Below are positions 27,001-45,989 of a stretch of DNA of 64,000 bases, one piece after another. The translations under genes and the position numbers were made by a program. This DNA comes from Eledone cirrhosa (taxonomy: Eukaryota). Position 1 is the first letter of the stretch. Each line of letters begins with the position of its first letter. The stretch lies in the NCBI GenBank assembly GCA_964016885.1, contig OZ024741.1, positions 370,946,001 to 371,010,000 on the forward strand, in the 5' to 3' direction. The notes below the pieces were generated by a model that had not been told where the DNA came from, made no database searches, and saw only the letters and a program-made list of their open reading frames with translations.

Positions 27001-28640
27001 AAATTCAGGAATTTTATATTCTTTGAATGAAAAGAACCTTCTGACTAGAATCTTTCTTTGCAACGAAGGCCGTATGGTCTTCGTTTTATTTTTGGGATTC
27101 GAAACCGATCGGTAAAGGTAACCATAGTAGGTAAAGTCAATTTTTTAAAATTTATTTTGAAACTTTTTCATTATTTACTAAACCTTGTTTATATTTGTTC
27201 TGGCTCGTTAATTTATTAACCCGCCATTGAACCACACTGGCATTTGGTTGGACAATACATGCGTACCTTGGCGCCTTGTGCGTGAAGGAACGTATTTCCT
27301 ATTACTACTACCTCCACTAACGTTGAGAACAAATTTGGTCGTTCCGACTGCTGCTAGCAATAGCTGTGGCTAGTTTGACCTACCTCCTTTTGCCTCTATC
27401 TTTGCTACGGCCCTTGATAAACCTGTTCTACATCATCCACTCTCATCCCAGGAACAGTTTTTGATAGCGCTAGTTTGTGATTTAAATTCAGGAATTTTAT
27501 ATTCTTTGAATGAAAAGAACCTTCTGACGAGAATCTTTCTTTGCAACGAAGGCCGTATGGTCTCCGTTTTATTTTTGGGATTCGAAACCGATCGGTAAAG
27601 GTAACCATAGTAGGTAAAGTCAATTTTTTAAAATTTATTTTGAAACTTTTTCATTATTTACTAAACCTTGTTTATATTTGTTCTGGCTCGTTAATTTATT
27701 AACCCGCCATTGAACCACACTGGCATTTGGTTGGACAATACATGCGTACCTTGGCACCTTGTGCGTGAAGGAACGTATTTCCTATTACTACTACCTCCAC
27801 TAACGTTGAGAACAAATTTGGTCGTTCCGACTGCTGCTAGCAATAGCTGTGGCTAGTTTGACCTACCTCCTTTTGCCTCTATCTTTGCTACGGCCCTTGA
27901 TAAACCTGTTCTACATCATCCACTCTCATCCCAGGAACAGTTTTTGATAGCGCTAGTTTGAGATTTAAATTCAGGAATTTTATATTCTTTGAATGAAAAG
28001 AACCTTCTGACTAGAATCTTTCTTTGCAACGAAGGCCGTATGGTCTTCGTTTTATTTTTGGGATTCGAAACCGATCGGTAAAGGTAACCATAGTAGGTAA
28101 AGTCAATTTTTTAAAATTTATTTTGAAACTTTTTCATTATTTACTAAACCTTGTTTATATTTGTTCTGGCTCGTTAATTTATTAACCCGCCATTGAACCA
28201 CACTGGCATTTGGTTGGACAATACATGCGTACCTTGGCGCCTTGTGCGTGAAGGAACGTATTTCCTATTACTACTACCTCCACTAACGTTGAGAACAAAT
28301 TTGGTCGTTCCGACTGCTGCTAGCAATAGCTGTGGCTAGTTTGACCTACTTCCTTTTGCCTCTATCTTTACTACGGCCCTTGATAAACCTGTTCTACATC
28401 ATCCACTCTCATCCCAGGAACAGTTTTTGATAGCGCTAGTTTGTGATTTAAATTCAGGAATTTTATATTCTTTGAATGAAAAGAACCTTCTGACGAGAAT
28501 CTTTCTTTGCAACGAAGGCCGTATGGTCTCCGTTTTATTTTTGGGATTCAAAACCGATCGGTAGAGGTAACCATAGTAGGTAAAGTCAATTTTTTAAAAT
28601 TTATTTTGAAACTTTTTCATTATTTACTAAACCTTGTTTA
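27001..28640 (+). mobile_element. Tandem array of 483 bp units (~3.4 copies), one type I hammerhead motif per unit: non-LTR retrozyme-like
   Basis: Unit starts at 27001, 27484, 27967 and 28450; no coding capacity; bounded by (TA)n on both sides. Confidence 0.85.
27519..27602 (+). ncRNA. Type I hammerhead ribozyme with intact core (unit 2); homologues at 27036, 28002 and 28485 carry core changes
   Basis: ACCTT-CTGACGA-GAATC...GATTC-GAAA-CCGATCGG-TA-AAGGT. Stem I ACCTT/AAGGT, stem II GAATC/GATTC with an internal hairpin, palindromic stem III, GUA cleavage site. Confidence 0.85.
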
Positions 28641-30314
28641 TATATATATATATATATTGTTATACTTTGGGAGGGTGATGTTGCCAATAAGAAACACACG
28701 CACCAATTACTTTCTCTTCAATCTATTATAATAAATTTATAAATTTAGGAATTTATAAATTTCCGGTTGGTTGGTTGGTTCCACAACCAGATGGTTGTTT
28801 ATATATTGTCAAAGTTCTTTCGTCACACATTATGTGACCTCTTCAGTGACTGGGGATTCTTTTCTTTGTATTTTGTGCCTCTCCTTTGTTCTGTCCTACG
28901 CCATCTTGTTTTTGTGTGTTGTGTGCTTAGTTTGCGCATGTGTTACATCCAGGTGTCTGTGTGTGTTTATATTCGTTTATTTATTCGTATATTTACATGT
29001 TACTGGTTGGTTGTTTGTTCTATGTGCGTGTGTGTTTTCATTTTGTCCTTAATTGTAAGTTGTGATGTTGCTGTTCCACTCATGTTTTCTATTTAATTTG
29101 GTTGTAATTCATGCCTCTGTGATTTGTCTAAAGATTGCGTCTTTTCTGTGTGTAGATTCTATTTTTATTTCTATGTTCTCTAATTTACCCTTATGTTCTA
29201 TTTTAGCATGTTGGTAGAGTACAGATGATTCTTTACTATCTTGAAGGTCTCGCCAGTGTTCATTTATCCGTTCTCCTATACTACGAGCTGTCTCACCTAT
29301 GTACACTATATTTTTATCTCTACATTGTCCTTCAGTACATCTTATGCTATATACTATATTTCTAGTTTTACAGTTAATATGGAGGTTTAATTTACAGATT
29401 ATACATTTCTTATCTATACAGGGAGGTCTAACAAGATACTTAAAACCACCATGTTCTGTTGTCTACGAAAAACAATAACATCTCGACAACTACACTTCAT
29501 AAAAGAATGTGCCTCGTCCCGAGTTTACACCAACACCAGCAACACCGATGTAAGAATATTATAGCTCACCAAAAAGCAAGCAGATAGGCTAAAACGAACA
29601 CTAATTCTAAACATAAAAAAGAAGATTTATAGAGAATTAAGTCATCAAGAAAAACATAAGCGTAACCTAATACAAGAAATAAGTAAGATCACCACACCAA
29701 GAGAAAAACTAATATTTATAAACCTTATACGTCCTGAAGAACAGTACATTGTTCAATAATGTGACAAGCACTTTAACAAGAAACTAAAGTGGCTTAAACA
29801 GATAAAACTAAACAGAATATCAATAGATATCCCGACAAAATTGACGGTATAAATATGGCCGACATCTCATTAACAGATGAATTCAACAACAACAACACAA
29901 ATATATACGGCAACACTACGGTCGACTCTGATGAATTATCTGTATTACAACTGCTACCTAAGTATGCCACATATAACAAGGTATATATGATTAAATGCTT
30001 GTCAGAAATAGAAAAATCATTTACAAAATTACGTTGGAGCCTCAAAAACAAAAACAAAAACAAAAACAAAAGTAACAACATACGCACACACACACACATA
30101 TACAACACACATAACAACAACAACAGACACACAGACACAAACAACAATAACAACAACACACATATCAACAATAATAACATACTCAGAAACAACAACAACA
30201 GACACGCAGACACAAACAACAATAACAACAATAACAACAACACACACACAACAATAATAACATACACGGAGACAACAACAACAACAACACACATCAACAA
30301 CAGCACACATCATC

Positions 30315-30345
<31 letters not shown>

Positions 30346-30357
30346 CACACACATTCA

Positions 30358-33043
30358 ATGCCTCTCACCACCACCACAATCTTAACAAACACACAGACAC
30401 AGAAAACAGGTAATGACAGTAGCACAGAAATAAGGGAAGGTAATAGGATTGAAAGGAGAAGGGAGTCTATGGACAGAGAAAATAACCAAGAGGAACACAC
30501 AGACACACAAAATAGAGTAGATAATAACAATGAGCCAGAGGAAAGAGACAGGAGTAATAATGAGAGACATAGAAACAACCATGAGGCTGTTGGTGGAAAT
30601 AGAAATAGAAACAACACAACCAACAATAACAATAGCACTAGTACACGTAAAGCAGCAGCCTGGAACTCTACTTTTTATTATCCCTCCGATAAGTCGTTCG
30701 ACCTGCGACGAGTCCACGCCACGACTTTAGCTTTTAACAGACACACGCAATTGCCGTCGCAGGTCGATGAACAAACAGAAGCACAATTTAGTATAGCTAG
30801 ATCTAAACTTAGAAATATTATAGAACAGTATAGCAAGAAGCATAATAGAATGGAGGCCCAGCAGCTGGGAGAAGAATCTGCAAATGGCTTCCGTAAGCTC
30901 ATGCAGCGCTCGCGTAATGGAGACATAGCATGCTTTCCAACAGACAAGTCTGGCAGAATGTCGGTTGACAGCCTGCCAAACTACATCCAGGCAATGCAAC
31001 CCCACATCACTAACACAAGAGAGGTAACACCACAGGAGCATGAGGATAGAGAAAAAACCCTCAATGCCCATATGGTGATGTGGACAAATATAATGCAGCC
31101 CAACAAAAGGACTGCCAACAACTTCCAGGCCTGGAACAATGACGTGCCGGCGTTGTATGGGCTTCGAAAAGACCATAAAACGGGCTGGGACCCTGTCGCG
31201 GGACCACCAACACGGCTAGTCTGTGGAGCTAACATTGCTAGTAACTACAGACTGTCCTACTTCCTCTCCCTGATCATACGCCCCATCATTGAAATTTCCC
31301 CAGATGTATGTGACAGCACGGAGGACCTCCTCAGCAGAATGGGCGAGAGTAACCGATCTAGGGACCTAACAAACTGCATAATAGGTAGTATGGATGTTGT
31401 GTCCCTGTATCCATCTATTGACTTGATTTTGCTGTGGAGAAATGCGTAGAAATGATCAGTGAGAGCAATGTTGAATTCCGTTGGATTGATACCAGTGAGC
31501 TGGGACTCCTACTTAAACTTACCTATAGTAATAATTATCTAGATACATATGACCTTAGCAACATGTGCCCTACAAGAACAGCAAGAGGCAGACCACCTAC
31601 CATTACCTCAATGGCCATGAAAACCCACACAGATAGATGGAACGGGTGGACCAGAGCCATACGGACCCCCGAAAACCACGATGAACTAAAGAAAATGATT
31701 GCACATGCGGTGGGGCCAGCATAAAATTAACCCTTAAGGAACATATGTTCAAATTTAATGGAAAAACATATGCCCAAGAGGAGGGAGCAGCCATTGGTGT
31801 TAGCATTGCAGGCGACATAGCTAACCTATTCATGGTATGGTGGGACAGTAGACTTAAACTTAAACTTAAAGAACAATTAGAAGACCCCTTAACCCTGATA
31901 ATGTACTCCCGCTACGTTGATGATATAAACATCGTAGTTAAAACACCCCCACTAGAGAACAGTCAGGAACTAGAGAAAAACACAATGGAAAGCATCCAGC
32001 AAATAGCTAACTCCATCCACCAGAGCATTAGAGTTACTATAGACTACCCAAGTAAACACCCCAACCATCGATTACCTGTACTAGACACAGAGCTCTGGTT
32101 AGATACCATTAATAACAAAAAACAAATCCTCCATTCCCATTATGCCAAACCCATGACTTCCAAATATTTGATCCACTAAAACTCAGCTGTTTCGGACCAT
32201 ACCAAAATCAACATACTGATTGCGGATTTGGTACGGGTGATGAGAAACGTGTCCCGCATGTGCAACCCCGAAGAACTAGAGAGACACATACAACACTTCA
32301 TCCACCGTATGCAGTTCTCTGGTTACAATCAAAGAGATAAAATCAGAGGGTATAGAGGAGCCAGAACCAAATGGGATAAAATGGTAAATAATGACACAAA
32401 TGGGACCTTTCCCTTGTATAGGAGCAAATTTTGGAATAGAATAGAAAGAACTAGGAACAAGGCTAATAGAATAAACTCATGGTATGATAGCAATAAATAC
32501 AAGAGTGTAATTTTCATCGATACAACCCCTAGAGGTGAATTAGCTTACAAATTTAGAAGGGCCCTAGATAAACATAAACTCAATATTAAGATAGTAGAAA
32601 GACCAGGTACCTCCATAAAAACACTTATTAGCAAGACATACCCTTTTCTAATACCTCCCTGTATACATAAGAAATGTATAATCTGCAAATTAAGCCCCCA
32701 TATTAACTGTGAAACTAGAAATGTAGTATATAGCATAAGATGTACTGAAGGACAATGTAGAGATAAAAATATAGAGTACATAGGTGAGACAGCTCGTAGT
32801 ATAGGAGAACGGATAAATGAACACTGGCGAGACCTTCAAGATAGTAAAGAATCATCTGTACTCTACCAACATGCTAAAATAGAACATAAGGGTAAATTAG
32901 AGAACATAGAAATAAAAATAGAATCTACGCACAGAAAAGACGCAATCTTTAGACAAATCACAGAGGCAATAAACATAAATGAATTACAACCAAGATTAAA
33001 TAGAAAACATGAGTGGAACAGCAACATCACAACTTACAATTAA
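30358..33043 (+). pseudogene. PLE RT/GIY-YIG polyprotein, frameshifted
   Basis: TDKSG, LYGLRKDHK, MDVVSLYPSI, GAAIG, YSRYVDD, LPVLD; endonuclease NVVYSIRC...YIGETARSIGERINEH. Confidence 0.9.
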
Positions 33044-33245
33044 GGACAAAATGAAAACACACACGCACATAGAACAAACAACCAACCAATAACATGCAAA
33101 TAAACAAATAAATAAACGAATATAAACACACACAGACACCCGGATGTAACACATGCGCAAACTAAGCACACAACACACACACAAAAACAAAATGGCGTAG
33201 GACAGAACAAAGGAGAGGCACAAAAAACAAAGAAAAGAATCCCCA

Positions 33246-33288
33246 GTCACTGAAGAGGTCACAGAATTTGTGACGAAACAACTTTGAC
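33246..33288 (+). ncRNA. Minimal type I hammerhead motif in the PLE 3' region (inverted copy at 28808-28850)
   Basis: GTCA-CTGAAGAG-GTCACA..TGTGAC-GAAA-(C/G)AACTT-TGAC. The minus-strand copy has G, which restores the stem III pair. Confidence 0.65.
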
Positions 33289-33542
33289 AATATATAAAGA
33301 ACCATCTGGTTGTGGAACCAACCAACCAACCGGAAATTTATAAATTCTTAATTTATAAATTTATTATAATAAATTGAAGTGAAAGCAACTGTTGCGTGTG
33401 TTTCTTATTGGCAACATCACCCCCCAAAGTATAACAATATCGGTTTCAACACACGTTTTCAGATAAAGAATCTTGCTAAATAAATTCAGAAACGAAATAT
33501 ATATATATATACATATGTATATATGTATATGTATATATATAC

Positions 33543-33641
<99 letters not shown>

Positions 33642-33656
33642 TATATACATATATAT

Positions 33657-33689
<33 letters not shown>

Positions 33690-33702
33690 TACATATACGC
33701 AC

Positions 33703-33796
<94 letters not shown>

Positions 33797-33851
33797 ATTT
33801 AAAACTGCACTGTCCACAAGTGTTTTTTAACCTTCATGTCATGTCTTCCTG

Positions 33852-33918
33852 TTATATCTGATGAAAACACAAATATTATTGCATGATGATATTTGTTTTT
33901 GAAATGCGCATAATAAAA
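33852..33918 (+). ncRNA. Type I hammerhead ribozyme, inverted partner of 26751-26817
   Basis: TAT-CTGATGA-AAACACAAATAT...ATATTTGTTTTT-GAAA-TGCGCA-TA-ATAAAA. Confidence 0.75.
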
Positions 33919-33948
33919 TACATGGAACTCTTTTAACCATCTTTTGTT

Positions 33949-33997
<49 letters not shown>

Positions 33998-34196
33998 AAA
34001 TAAAGATTGGAAATTTATACCATGCCTTCTGATCTTTATTTTGATACAAATCCGTTTTACATCATCTAGCTGTTCCCATAAATGGAATTGGAGATATACA
34101 AAAGCGTGGGGGAACTTAATATTACGAAGAAAAATTATTGGACCGTATGACACAACCAATAATACACCTTACTATATAACAACTATATATATATAT

Positions 34197-34228
<32 letters not shown>

Positions 34229-34233
<5 letters not shown>

Positions 34234-34421
34234 AACGAGTAGGACCCCGACGGCTGAGCTCAAGCCGTTTCGACGGCTAATTCTAGTCCAGAATTAGCCG
34301 TCGAAACGGCTTGAGCTCAGCCGTCGGGGTCCTACTCGTTCCTATTACCCACTCTACTACCCTAAGTATTGAGTACTTTGGTGCGTTATGGTCCACCTGG
34401 TTCCTTACCAGATTTCCTTCG

Positions 34422-34423
<2 letters not shown>
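34229..34423 (+). mobile_element. Extremely truncated fold-back copy of the PLE family at 40793-42963
   Basis: ~115 bp near-perfect palindrome followed by the same ATTACCCACTCTACTACCCTAAGTATTGAG tail as 42884-42963; in (TA)n. Confidence 0.8.
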
Positions 34424-40146
<5,723 letters not shown>

Positions 40147-40254
40147 ACAAAGTGTTGTAGTTTGCTTGAAACATTGTTGAATACCAAATACCAATTTAAA
40201 TAAGTTTAAATATTTCAAAGCCTGACACTTTATTTATTTATTTATGTGTGTGTG

Positions 40255-40392
<138 letters not shown>

Positions 40393-40792
40393 AGTGAGTT
40401 TGCGTCCTCACTCACTTCCTCTCGTCTGACCTGTGTGAAATCCTTTTCTCTCTCACTTTTCGCGCGGTTTGGATGTGTCTGCCTCTTCTCGTCGATTGAT
40501 TTGTCCGACTTAAGGCTACAAGTATCATTGACTTGTCTCTCTTTTCCTCTCTTTACGTTGCATTACTACTATGTTGTTTGTTTACTTTCCCTATCCAATT
40601 GGCTCTGTCCCTATAACTTATTTTAGTTATCGCTCGCACTGGTTTTGAGGTATCTGGTCTTTAATGCGAAGAAATACAACTGATAGTCAGCAAACCACTG
40701 CTGATGGACAGTCCCGTTTCTCGGTCTATGTATCACACTCGCAACAACGCAGCACGTCATTTTTTCATTCATATATATATATATATATATAT

Positions 40793-42962
40793 AGGAAAAT
40801 GTTTAACCCCGACGGCAGAGCTCAAGCCGTTTCGGCGGCATTTTCTGGACTAAATTAGAATCTTTAGCGTGGTAAATAAATAGCCGAACTTTTCAAGGGG
40901 TAATTCCTTATATGGGAAGATTGTAGTTGTCAAAAGGATTGGTCAAAATTTCTTGTAAACACAATTATATCTTTTATGGCAGTGGGTGGGAGGTGGGGTG
41001 GATGAACTTGCCTGTAGAACAATGAGGGAGTGGGTGGAGCCGGTCAAGCGTTGAAAGTGAATTCTATACAGCAAATTCTAAGGAGTGTGTATGAAATTGG
41101 GCTAGATAAGAAGCAGGCGAGAAAGGATTCTGGAGAAAATAGAGAGGGAACGTTGTAGAATAGGTTAATAAATTGAGATTAGAAGATACTAAATAAAAAT
41201 ATATAAAATTATAAAATTGGATAGTAAAAAGTAATAAAAAATCTCTAGAGTCTAAAACAGCTGCTATATATAGTTGGTATTGCGTTTTCGGCCAAAGCTA
41301 TATATAATTTACTGGGGTGGGATACTGAGGCTACAAAAGCCCGATGGGCTGCCTCGGGGTAGGCGAGAGCGGAAAAAGGAAAAGGAAGCGGATAGGGAGT
41401 GGAAGGAAGTGATAAGAAGAGATAAGAGGGAAGAAGAAGAAAAAAGGAAAAGAAAAGAAGTACATCTACCTATGTTACCTGGGGTTTCCCCTAACTTGTT
41501 CGGCAAGTGGGGAAAAGAAGGATGTTGCAGCCATTGTCTACCCCCCCCCCCCCCCGGGTCATGAGGAGGTTTGAGGGCGAGGTAAGTCCTACGCAATCGG
41601 TGTTTGCATGCAGTTACAAGTTCATCTTTTTTGTTTAGGAGTTGGTCCTTCGTAAACAGCATTTGTAATGTTTCCTCCGAGCATAAGTTACACGGACGGC
41701 GTCCTCCGGTGTAGGAGTCAGCCCTGGACAGTAAGCTTCAAGTAAGATTGTATGTTATGTTATTATCTTGGAGGTCCCAGAAGTGGCCCGAAAGTGTAGT
41801 GGCATGTCGCCGGACCGGGTTTCGGAACGTATGTCGGTGTTGGTAGAACCGGGTCTTAAAGTCACAAGGTTTTGTTGGAGGTTTCCGTCCTCACGTTGCA
41901 TTGGTAGATCACGTTACGTTCTCAGCATCTGTTGTTGAGGGGGCACGTAGATCTATCAGGGCAGTTACACCTCCTGGTCGGCTCTCCAGTAATGTCTAGG
42001 TTGCTTCTTCCATAGGGGTTGAGTTTCTTGTTGTTAGAGGAGGCGTTATTTTGTTCGAAGTTGGGTGTGGTGCTGTAGGAGAGTTTGATAGTCTTTTGTT
42101 GATTATGTTGTGGTAGCGGTGTTGTGGTGGGGAGTGTTTTTCGAGGAGCCTAAAGAAGATTTTCCCGACAAATGTTGCCACCTCGGCATTGTGGGGAGGG
42201 TTGAACCACGTTACGTGGCGTGAGCGGCGGCGTCGCCTGCTGGTTCCGTTAAGGGAAGCTGGATAAAAGGAGATTTCCTCCCGAAAGCCGCTTCGCATGA
42301 GGCGCATGTTCATCGAATATCTGCTCATTAGCGGACAAACGAGATATGCGGCGGGATCTTCTAATCTCAATTTATTAACCTCTTCTATAGCATTGGCCGA
42401 AAACGCAATACCAACTAAATATAGCAGCAGTTTTAGACTCGAGAGATTTTTTTACTTTTTACTATCCAATTCTATAATTTTATATTATTTATTTATTTAT
42501 TTATTATCTTCTAATCTCAATTTATTAACCTATTCTACAACGTCCCCTCTCTATTTTCTCCAGAATTCTTTCTCACCTGCTTCTTATCTAGCCCAATTTC
42601 ATACACACTCCTTAGAATTTGCTGTATAGAATTCACTTTCAACGCTTGACCTCTTTGTTCTACAGGCAAGTTCAGCCACCCCACCTCCCACCCACTGCCA
42701 TGAAAGATTTAATTGTGTTTACAAGAAATTTTGACCAATCCTTTTGACAACTACAATCTTCCCATATAAGGAATTACCCCTTGAAAAGTTCGGCTATTTA
42801 TTTACCACGCTAAAGATTCTAATTTAGTTCAGAAATAGCCGTCGAAACGGCTTGAGCTCTGCCGTCGGGGTTAAACATTTTCCTATTACCCACTCTACTA
42901 CCCTAAGTATTGAGTACTCTGGTGCGTTATGGTCCATCTGGTTCCTTACCACAACTCCTTCG

Positions 42963-42963
<1 letters not shown>
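40793..42963. mobile_element. Penelope-like element remnant with inverted arms (40793-~41300 vs ~42360-42884) and a minus-strand GIY-YIG fragment
   Basis: Minus strand 41570-42350 encodes RHVTWFNPP...CNC..CPL...CNLCSEE...LLNKKDELVTACKH; arms mirror each other; (TA)n flanks. Confidence 0.85.
42776..42871 (+). ncRNA. Type I hammerhead ribozyme, U3-A8 core variant (inverted copy at 40806-40901)
   Basis: ACCCC-TTGAAAA-G..CGGCTATTT...AAATAGCCG.C-GAAA-CGGC-loop-GCCG-TC-GGGGT. All three stems pair; GUC site. Confidence 0.75.
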
Positions 42964-43047
<84 letters not shown>

Positions 43048-43101
43048 GGGGGGGAGTAAGAAATCGGAGAATAGACCGTTAAAACATGTTTATTTAAAAC
43101 A

Positions 43102-43142
43102 GCACCTACGTACGTTTCGCCCAGTTGGGCTTCTCAAGGGCA
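43102..43142 (-). ncRNA. Minimal type I hammerhead ribozyme, U3-A8 variant
   Basis: Minus strand: GCCC-TTGAGAA-GCCC AACT GGGC-GAAA-CGTACG-TA-GGTGC; stem I is imperfect. Confidence 0.65.
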
Positions 43143-43435
43143 TAAATAATCAAAAGTGTTCCTTACATTGCTCGGAAAGAGTTTTGGGGGTTAAATCCAC
43201 GTCAAGGTTCATTGCTCGCAAAAATAGCTTGTTTTGATTTTGCAGCAGGTCATGGGAGGTAACTCTGGCCGGTGTTAGGGCAGTCTTTCCCGGACAAATA
43301 TTTTTTATTTTTTTTAGCCGCTACGAGATGAGCTTACAACCTTACCATTGTCGATACGCATGTAATCAACGCTCAAAATAAGCGTTTTTTTTTCTCTCTC
43401 TCGATAAGTAAATACTATATATATATATATATATA

Positions 43436-43553
43436 GTAATAATTGTTTCTACTTTAGGCACAAGGCCAGCAATTACTCAGTGCATTACTGGTACTTTATT
43501 TTATCGACCCCGTAAGGATGAAAGGCAAAGTCAACCTCGGCGGGATTTGAACT
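43436..43553 (-). mobile_element. Partial SINE (same family as 14465)
   Basis: GGCACAAGGCCAGCAATTAC...CGACCCCGTAAGGATGAAAGGCAAAG...GGATTTGAACTC. Confidence 0.8.
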
Positions 43554-45199
43554 CTTTATTACTACTATATATATAGTAATAATAAATACAAAGACCAACA
43601 ACTCGAAGAGGACTCAATGAGGGTTGCATATATAAACCCGTAGAGCAAATGTTTATTACTAGCTGGCACCGAGCCGTCAAAAATGGCGGCTAATTGTAGC
43701 ATTTTGTACATAAAAGAGGTACAAAACCAAGTTTTTAGTTTAATAATTTTTTTATTACAAAATTTTTTTTGGAAAATCTATCCGCAACTAACATATATAA
43801 CCAAGATAATATCTTGGTGTGTATATGTATACATTTATATGTATGAGTATATAAATATATTCCCAGAAACACACATACACTTACACATACATTCACACAA
43901 GTGATATAAATACACAAACACTAACACAATATCGTAGTTTATTATTAGTACAGATTAAAAGTTTAAGCAATTAATTTCTGCTTTCACCCTAAGCGAAATC
44001 AACTGAAACTAAGAAAAATCTATCTGTAGTCGAAGAAGTAAATATTTTTAAAAAGAATTACGACCAAATATTGCCTATAGAAAACTGGAAGACATAACGG
44101 TAGTGCATGCTGACTTTCTCTTGAGATAAGCGAAATGTATGCAAGAAGAGTTACGTCATTGTGTGGAGCGGGAAGAACAAATTCTCGCAATGAAACAATC
44201 AGGAAATTAATATTCTTTTTAGGATAGCCGAATAATTTCTATGTACCGTATATGGAAAACTATCTAAATAGTAGCAAAATTATTAATACTGAAGGTATTA
44301 ATAATAGTAAAAATAATAATAATAATGAAAACATTAATGGAAATGTTTTCGGATTTAGGTTCATATATAAGTATGTACTGACTGGTGTGGATTCATCTGT
44401 TATCAAGAATTTAGTGTGTGAAAAATTATGAATACACATATACATATATATGCACATATGCAAACCCACATGTACGTGTATATTTACATATACACATACA
44501 CGCACGCATGCATATACATGTATACGCATATATATTCATATATATATATATATAAATGAAGTAATTCTGTCGGAAAGGTACAGGAAAAAAGAGTGCTCTA
44601 TGTAGGTTACAGAGCTTATTAGTTATGTAATAAACAACATAAGATAATTAATTCATTTACCAGTGGTTTCTTGAAAGCAAACAAATCTGCTTTCGGTCGT
44701 CAGAATGAAAAAATCCTGGTATTTTTATTGAAAGTGGATTTGAAAACAAAAATATAAGAAATATGAAAGTGAGGCTGAGGGAAGAAAAAAATGATTATAA
44801 ATAATAAGTATATAAACACACACACACACAATTATACATATATATATATAAATATAAATATACATATACACGCACATAAATACACATACACGCATATATA
44901 TATATATATACACACATAAAAAATAAGTTGTCACATCAACAGGCATAGACAAATACATATACATGAAGTCATAATAATAAATAAATAAATAAATAAAACC
45001 AAAAATAATTAAAGTCAAATATAAAAATAAAAAAATGAAAAAATAGCACGTATACCACGATACGAGAGGAAAATAAGAATAAAAAATAAATAAATATATA
45101 TATATATTAAAAAAAAAGGAACGATCGACTTTCGTCAAATCGGACCGAGGGAACAATGTTTCCGTTGGTCTTTCCAATTGCTAATACTATCTATCGGTC

Positions 45200-45335
45200 G
45201 CAACTTCAGGTAGAAGGAGCAACGTGAAATAAAGTGTCTTGCTCAAGGACATAACGCATCGCCTGGTCCAGGAATCGAACTCACAACCTTACGATTGCGA
45301 ATCCAATTCCCTAACCACTCCCCCACACGCCTTCA
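45200..45335 (-). mobile_element. CORE-type tRNA SINE fragment
   Basis: Minus strand has GAGTTCGATTCC B box followed by CCTTGAGCAAGACACTT (CORE-like). Confidence 0.6.
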
Positions 45336-45989
45336 CATAATATATATATATATATACTCACCTCCTACATATATATATATATATATATATACATACATAC
45401 CCATACATATACATACATACACACACACATGTACAACACAAACATATACACAAATAAGTATATACATACAAATATATATACGCACACATATATATACATA
45501 TATATATATACATATATATTTATATATATATATATATACACACACACACATATATACACACATATACATAGTCACATACATACACGTACATACGCACGCA
45601 CATACACTTAGCCACACGTATAGGGACATATACACAAATGTAGGTGTAAAAACATATATCAATAAATAAATAATTACAAACATGCATGGAAACAAATAAA
45701 GGTATAAAATAAACATAAACTCACACACATGAGAAAAAAATACATACAACATACACACATATATATATACCTATATAAAAATATGCATACACATACACAC
45801 ACATACGCATATGTACAAGTACATACACACGCATATATTTTTCATCTTGACGTAATAGTCACTTATGTCTGAATTCTGACGTTGTAACGATCTTGTCAAT
45901 TCGCTGTTTATTTGGATTTAAAAGCCAAGTGACCAGGCTACAAGTAATCATGTATATATGTACGACATGAAAGAATGGTATTTAACTAA

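Larger units (their letters stand above)
28656..33497 (+). mobile_element. Penelope-like element with inverted 5' arm (28656-~29430 mirrors ~32650-33439)
   Basis: RT plus GIY-YIG ORF; inverted copy of the 3' end; ~55 bp unpaired 3' tail; (TA)n flanks; HHR motif in both arms. Confidence 0.9.

Noticed and set aside
29794-30717. Hydrophobic minus-strand ORFs as membrane proteins
   Set aside because: Antisense of the (AAC)/(AC)-rich low-complexity segment within the PLE ORF.
44688-44706. Minus-strand CTGACGA-CC-GAAAG
   Set aside because: Stem II is absent and stems I and III do not pair.
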